Assembly: GCA_964016885.1 (NCBI GenBank)
Contig: OZ024760.1
Span: 27,962,001 to 28,026,000 of the forward strand
DNA from: Eledone cirrhosa
Taxonomy: Eukaryota
Direction: 5' to 3'
Length of the DNA: 64,000 nucleotides
The notes beneath the pieces were generated by a model. The model was not told where the DNA came from. It ran no database searches and saw only the letters and a list, made by a program, of their open reading frames with translations. A program made the position numbers and the translations under genes. Of the stretch, positions 58,210 through 64,000 are shown one piece after another; within the stretch, counting starts at the first letter, position 1, and every line of letters begins with the position of its first letter.

Positions 58210-59384
58210 TAGTTAATAATGAATTATAGTGTTGTTAGTGTTGGTGAGGGTGGTGGTGGTGTCCGTGGTATTGGAGGTGGTGGTGTTGGTGAGGCTGGTG
58301 GTGTTGGTTGTGGTATTGGCGGTGGTAGTGGTGTCGGTGGTATTGGAGGTGGTGGTGTTGGTGGTGGTATTGAAGGTGGCAGTGGTGTCGGTGGTATTGG
58401 AGGTGGTGGTGGTGGTGTCGGTGGTGTTGGTGGTGGTGGTAGTATTGTTGGTGGTGTTGGTGGTATTGGAGGTGGTGGTGGTGTCGGTGGTATTGGAGGT
58501 GGTGGTGTTGGTGGTATTGGAGGTGGTGTTGGTGGTATTGGAGGTGGTGGTGTTGGTGGTGGTATTCAAGGTGGTGGTGGTGTCGGTGGTATTGGAGGTG
58601 GTGGTGGTGGTAGTATTGTTGGTGGTGTTGGTGGTGGTGGTGTTGGTGGTGGTATTGAAGGTGGTGGTGGTGTCGGTGGTATTGGAGGTAGTGGTGTTGG
58701 TGGTGGTATTGAAGGAGGTGGTGGTATTGAAGGTGGTGGTGTTGGTGGTATTGGAGGTGGTAGTGTTGGTGGTGGTATTGGAGGTGGTGGTATTGGAGGT
58801 GGTGGTGTCGGTTGTATTGGAGGTGGTGGTGTTGGTGGTGGTATTGAAGGTGGTGGTGTTGGTGGTGGTATTGAAGGTGTTGGTGGTGGTGGTAACAGTG
58901 GTATAGGTGGTGTAAATAGTGTTGGCGTTGTTGACAGTGTTGTTGGTGGAATATCTCTTTCATTCCCTTTCTCCCCTTCTCTTCTCCCACCCCTCTCCCT
59001 CTCCCTCTTCTCCCATCCCTCTCCCTCCTCCCATCCCTCTCCCCCTCTTTTCTCCCCCTTCTCTTCTCTCCCACCCTTCTCTTCTCCCACCCTTCTCTTC
59101 TCCCACCTCTCTCTCCCTCTCTCTTCTCCCACCCCTTCTCTTTTCTCCCACCCCTCCCCTTTTCTCCCTCCCCCCTTCTCCCCCACCCTTCTTTTCTGCC
59201 ACCCCCTCTCTTCTCACCCACTCTTCTCTTCTCACCCACCCTTCTCTTCTCCCACCCCCTCTCTCTGTTCTCCCCTCTCCGGAAGAAATCCCTACGATTT
59301 CACCAGATTTTAAGGGTCCTCTGGACTCTAAAACAAAACTAACCCTATTCCTTTCAAACTATGATATTTTAGATACAGGTTTAT

Positions 59385-59782
59385 TAACCCTTTCATCCTT
59401 ACGAGCTCGATAAAATTGCTGGCCTTGTGTCTATGTTAAAAGTAAAGTACCAGTAATGCACTGGGGTCGATTTAATCGAATTTCCCCTCCCTCAAAATTG
59501 CTGGCCTTGTGCCAAGAAACCATATTTTGAGCTGTTTTCATGAATGTTAATTTTTTTTGTGATATCTTAGTGCTTTATGCATCATTTGTTTTAAACATTA
59601 TTTGGCAGTATCGGTAGAGGATCGGACGCCATGCTTTGACGCATTGAGTTACGGCCCTTGCCATTCTGAGTTCAAATCCCGCCGAGGTTAACCTTGCCTT
59701 TCATCCTTACGGGGTCGATAAAATAAAGTACCAGTAATGCACTGGGGTAAGAGCTGGCCTTGTGCCAAAAGTAGAAACAATT
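59385..59782 (+). mobile_element. Two Nin-domain SINEs (decayed 59385-59520; near full-length 59602-59782)
   Basis: Matches to the 1251 SINE. Confidence 0.85.
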
Positions 59783-60502
59783 ATTCTAAGTTGATGATAT
59801 CAGCATCTAAATAAACTCTGATGACACCAGTCATCTATTTACTAATCACGACATATTAAACAGAATAATTCACAATGGCTTACGTAACCCAAGGTAGAAA
59901 CTATTGTAAGTTTATAAATTATTTGGTTTATATATAAACTATATAAATATATAACGACTCTGTATATCCTCATTGTATTGGGCTAAAAATATAACCTAGA
60001 AACGAGTGTAATTACTCCTGTTAATGTGTGATATTAATATTATTATGTATATATGTATGTGTGTGTGTGTGTATATATGTGTGTATGTGTGTGTGTGTAT
60101 ATATATGTGTGTATGTATGTGTGTATATATATATATATGTGTGTGTACGTGTGCGTGTGTATATATATATTTATGTGTGAGTATATATATATGCGCGTGT
60201 GTATATGTGTACGTGTGTGTGTGTATGTGTGTGTGTATATATGCGTGTGTGTATATGTGTACGTGTGTGTGTGTGTGTGTATATATATTTGTGTTTTGTA
60301 TATATATGTGTGTGTGTATATACATGTGTGTATGTATCTATACGTGTATGTATCTATAAATGAATATGTATATATGTGTGTGTATGTATCTATATGCGTA
60401 TGTATATGTGTGTATGTATCTATAAATGTATATCATACAGTATATGTGTATGTATATATATATATATATGTGTGTATATGTATGTAAATCTATCTATATA
60501 TG

Positions 60503-61214
60503 TATATCAACTAGAAATTGATTGACAAATATATATCTAAAATAAACACATGAAACAATCACAGGGGATAATTTGTAAAGAGTGTAATCACACACAGCTA
60601 CGTAGGTAACTAATTAAAGTTTAACTAGAACTTTAAAAATAGATACCTTATAAATTGATTAATCTTCCTTGTATATATTTCATTAAAGAAATATATTTCA
60701 CCATTAATTGATCATTAAATCACAGTAGCCAAATCTCGGATTTTCAACAATGGAGAAGACTTAACTATCTGTATTTACACAGCAAATTCAAATCTGCGAA
60801 TGACTAGCAGCAGGTGTTGCATTTTTTAAAAATTGTCGATAACCCTATTCATGCCACTGGGATGAAGCTGGTACGATGTGTGTATTTTTTAAAAATGCAA
60901 CACGTGCTCCTAGTCATTCGCAGATTTCGATGTATAATCACAGATAGTTAAATCTTCTCCCTTGTTGAAAATCCAGATTTTGGCTACTGTAGTTTACCGA
61001 TCGATTGATGGTGAAATATATTTCTTTAATGAAATATATACAAGGAAGATTAATCAATTTATAAGGTATCTATATTTAAAGTTCTAGTTAAACTTTAATT
61101 AGTTACCTACCTAGCTATATGTGCTTACACACTTTTACAAATTATTCCCCGTGATTGTTTCGTATGTTTATTTTAGATATATATATATATGTCAATCAAT
61201 TTCTAGTTGATATA
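60503..61214. mobile_element. Long imperfect fold-back (approx. 330-bp arms, approx. 50-nt loop) with candidate U3-A8 hammerhead 60960-61045
   Basis: Arms tatatcaactagaaattgattgac... / ...gtcaatcaatttctagttgatata. CCTTG-TTGAAAA...GAAA-TATA-TA-CAAGG. Confidence 0.75.
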
Positions 61215-61306
61215 AAATGCTCGGATCTATTCATTGGAATCTTCGATCATATTCTACGGTGGATATGGCGCGTGTCTCTCTGACATGACAACCTTAATTC
61301 AATTGT

Positions 61307-61350
<44 letters not shown>

Positions 61351-61385
61351 GTGTGTATATGTGTATATCTATACATGTATATATA

Positions 61386-61430
<45 letters not shown>

Positions 61431-61787
61431 ATGGGTAACATAGTTGTAATCTCTCTCCATTTTAAAGTATATATTCCTGTTTATATGACAATCTATAAAA
61501 CATCAACCCCTATCTCATGTTCTGTTTTGCTTTCATAACAGAGTAAAAAATATTGTGGAAAATATTAACTTCGTTAGCTGAGAATTGGTATGTGTGTGTG
61601 TATGTATATATATATATATATAATGTGTGTGTGTATGTATATGTGTGTGTGTGTATGTATATATGTGTGTGCGTGTGTGTGTATGTATATATGTGTGCAT
61701 GTGTGTGTGTGTATGTATATGTGTGTGTGTGTATGTATATATATGTGTGTGTGTGTATCTATGTGTGTATGTGTGTGTGTGTATGTG

Positions 61788-61828
<41 letters not shown>

Positions 61829-62249
61829 ATATATATATGTGTGTATGTATATGTGTGTGTGTGTGTGTATGTATATGTGTGTGTGTGTGTGTATGTGTGT
61901 GTATATGTGTGTGTGTATGTATATATATGTGTGTGTGTGTGTGTATGTATATATGTGTGTGTCTATGTATATATGTGTGTGTGTGTGTATGTATATGTGT
62001 GTGTATATGTGTGTGTGTATGTATATATATGTGTGTGTGTGTGTGTATGTATGTGTGTGTCTATGTATATATGTGTGTGTGTGTGTATGTATATATGTGT
62101 GTGTGTGTGTATGTATATATATATGTGTGTGTATGTATATATGTGAATGTGCGTGTATGTATGTATATATATACACACATATGCATACATAGATATATAC
62201 ATACACTTATACACACATATGTATATATACATATATGTATGAACATATA

Positions 62250-62293
<44 letters not shown>

Positions 62294-62395
62294 TACATGT
62301 ATATATATCTACTACTATATATATATACTACCCTAAGTATTGAGTACTCTGGTGCGTTATGGTCCATCTGGTTCCTTACCACAACTCCTTCGTTA

Positions 62396-63136
62396 TCTGT
62401 ATATATATAAAGATGAAGTTTTCTGTGTGTGTGTGTGTGTGTGAGGACAATTTTTAATGAGGGCTTATATATTCTAAACCATTCATGCGATTTCTTTGAA
62501 ATTTTTTACAGTGCTTCTTGCACAAAACCTGTACATGATCTAAAAAGGCTTTCAAAAATCGATATTGGAGCCTTTGGAGACATTAAAAAAGTTTCGGTTA
62601 CTTGTGTCAATTTTCGTGATTAAGTAAGACAATAGTTATCTTTCGTCAATACAATAAGAACTCATTTTTGATGACGTTGACTGTTCTCGAGTTGGTAATC
62701 CTGAGAACCTATTTATTTATGCTCTTGACGGGAAAACCAAAATGTTGTGAATAAATCTGCTTTTCAATAATCCAAAAGACAATGGGTGCTCCCACCCAAC
62801 ATCCACCTCTTTTTATAACGATTTGTTCATCCATCAGTTCCCCCCTGTTATGTCCAATCTGTGTTGTTATTCCAACAAATGTACACAATAGTGTCTATTA
62901 TTCACTTCACTTCTCTATTTCATGATGAGCTTTAACTGTTGTCAAACAAATGTATACCAACACTGAGTTTCTCTTGTTACATGGGATAACGGATGACACC
63001 GAGCTCACATATTAATTATTTCGCTGGAATAGTGCCTAAGGTTTTCATGTTTACATAAAGTACGTTTTTCTTCTATGTATTCAAATTTACTTTGTTTAGT
63101 TTACTTGAACCGCCCTAAGGACGGGTACTTTAGCTA

Positions 63137-63137
<1 letters not shown>
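62396..63137 (+). mobile_element. Non-autonomous Helitron with both termini
   Basis: A|TCtgtatatatataaa 5' end. 62676-62770 encodes VDCSRVGNPENLFIYALDGKTK/NVV (RepHel helicase C-terminus). Subterminal hairpin ccgccc taa ggacgg, then CTAG|T. Confidence 0.8.
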
Positions 63138-63213
<76 letters not shown>

Positions 63214-63256
63214 CACAGACACACATATATTTACACACACACACATATATATACAT

Positions 63257-63301
<45 letters not shown>

Positions 63302-63382
63302 TATATATACATATACATATATATATACATATATATATATACATATATATATATATACATATATATATTCATATATATTATA

Positions 63383-63416
<34 letters not shown>

Positions 63417-63425
63417 CATATATAC

Positions 63426-63462
<37 letters not shown>

Positions 63463-63775
63463 CATATATACATATATATATATATATACATATATACATA
63501 TACATATATATACATATACATACATATATACATATACATACATATATACATATATATATATACATATACATATATATATATACATATACATATATATATG
63601 TATATATATATACATATATACATATACATATATATGTATATATATATACATATACATATATATATATGTATATATATATACATATACATATATATATATG
63701 TATATATATATACATATATATACATATCTATACATATATATATATATGTAAAAGTAAACAGAAATAACAACACAT

Positions 63776-63887
<112 letters not shown>

Positions 63888-64000
63888 CGATTGTGTTATT
63901 TCTGTTTACCTTTTACATATATATATATACATATATATGTATATATATATGTTTATATATATATATATGTATGTATATATATATATATATATATATGTTT

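Noticed and set aside
56569-59313. Pro/Thr-rich mucin-like and Gly-rich structural-protein ORFs (also 31349-32119 and 51128-51637)
   Set aside because: Trinucleotide low-complexity tracts open in several frames on both strands, with no signal peptide or splice support. A coding role is not strictly excluded for the GGIGGG tract.

Overview
Eukaryotic, gene-poor, microsatellite-saturated DNA, most likely an octopod cephalopod (inferred from the tRNA-head/Nin(Deu)-domain SINE family and the massive (AT)n/(AC)n/(ATGT)n load). I cannot support any intact host protein-coding gene. Almost all ORFs in the supplied track are translated simple repeats. The non-repetitive islands between (TA)n tracts are mostly short non-coding elements of several unrelated families. 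Many carry a type-I hammerhead ribozyme (CUGANGA...GAAA-short, mostly palindromic stem III-UH, including U3-A8 core variants). Many are folded back into long hairpins, and many end in a 50-80 nt tail with a shared (T/C)GAGT(A/G)C motif next to (TA)n. This is best explained as a dense, diverse population of Penelope-like (PLE) termini or retrozyme-like derivatives that target (TA)n. The window also holds about a dozen SINE copies (two with TSDs), fragments of R4/Dong-, CRE- and RTE-clade LINEs, a non-autonomous Helitron with both termini, several MITEs, 32-, 79-, 98- and 108-bp tandem arrays (two visibly born from TE sequence), two motif-dense promoter-like islands, and a 200-N gap. Ribozyme and TE calls were made by eye, not by search.
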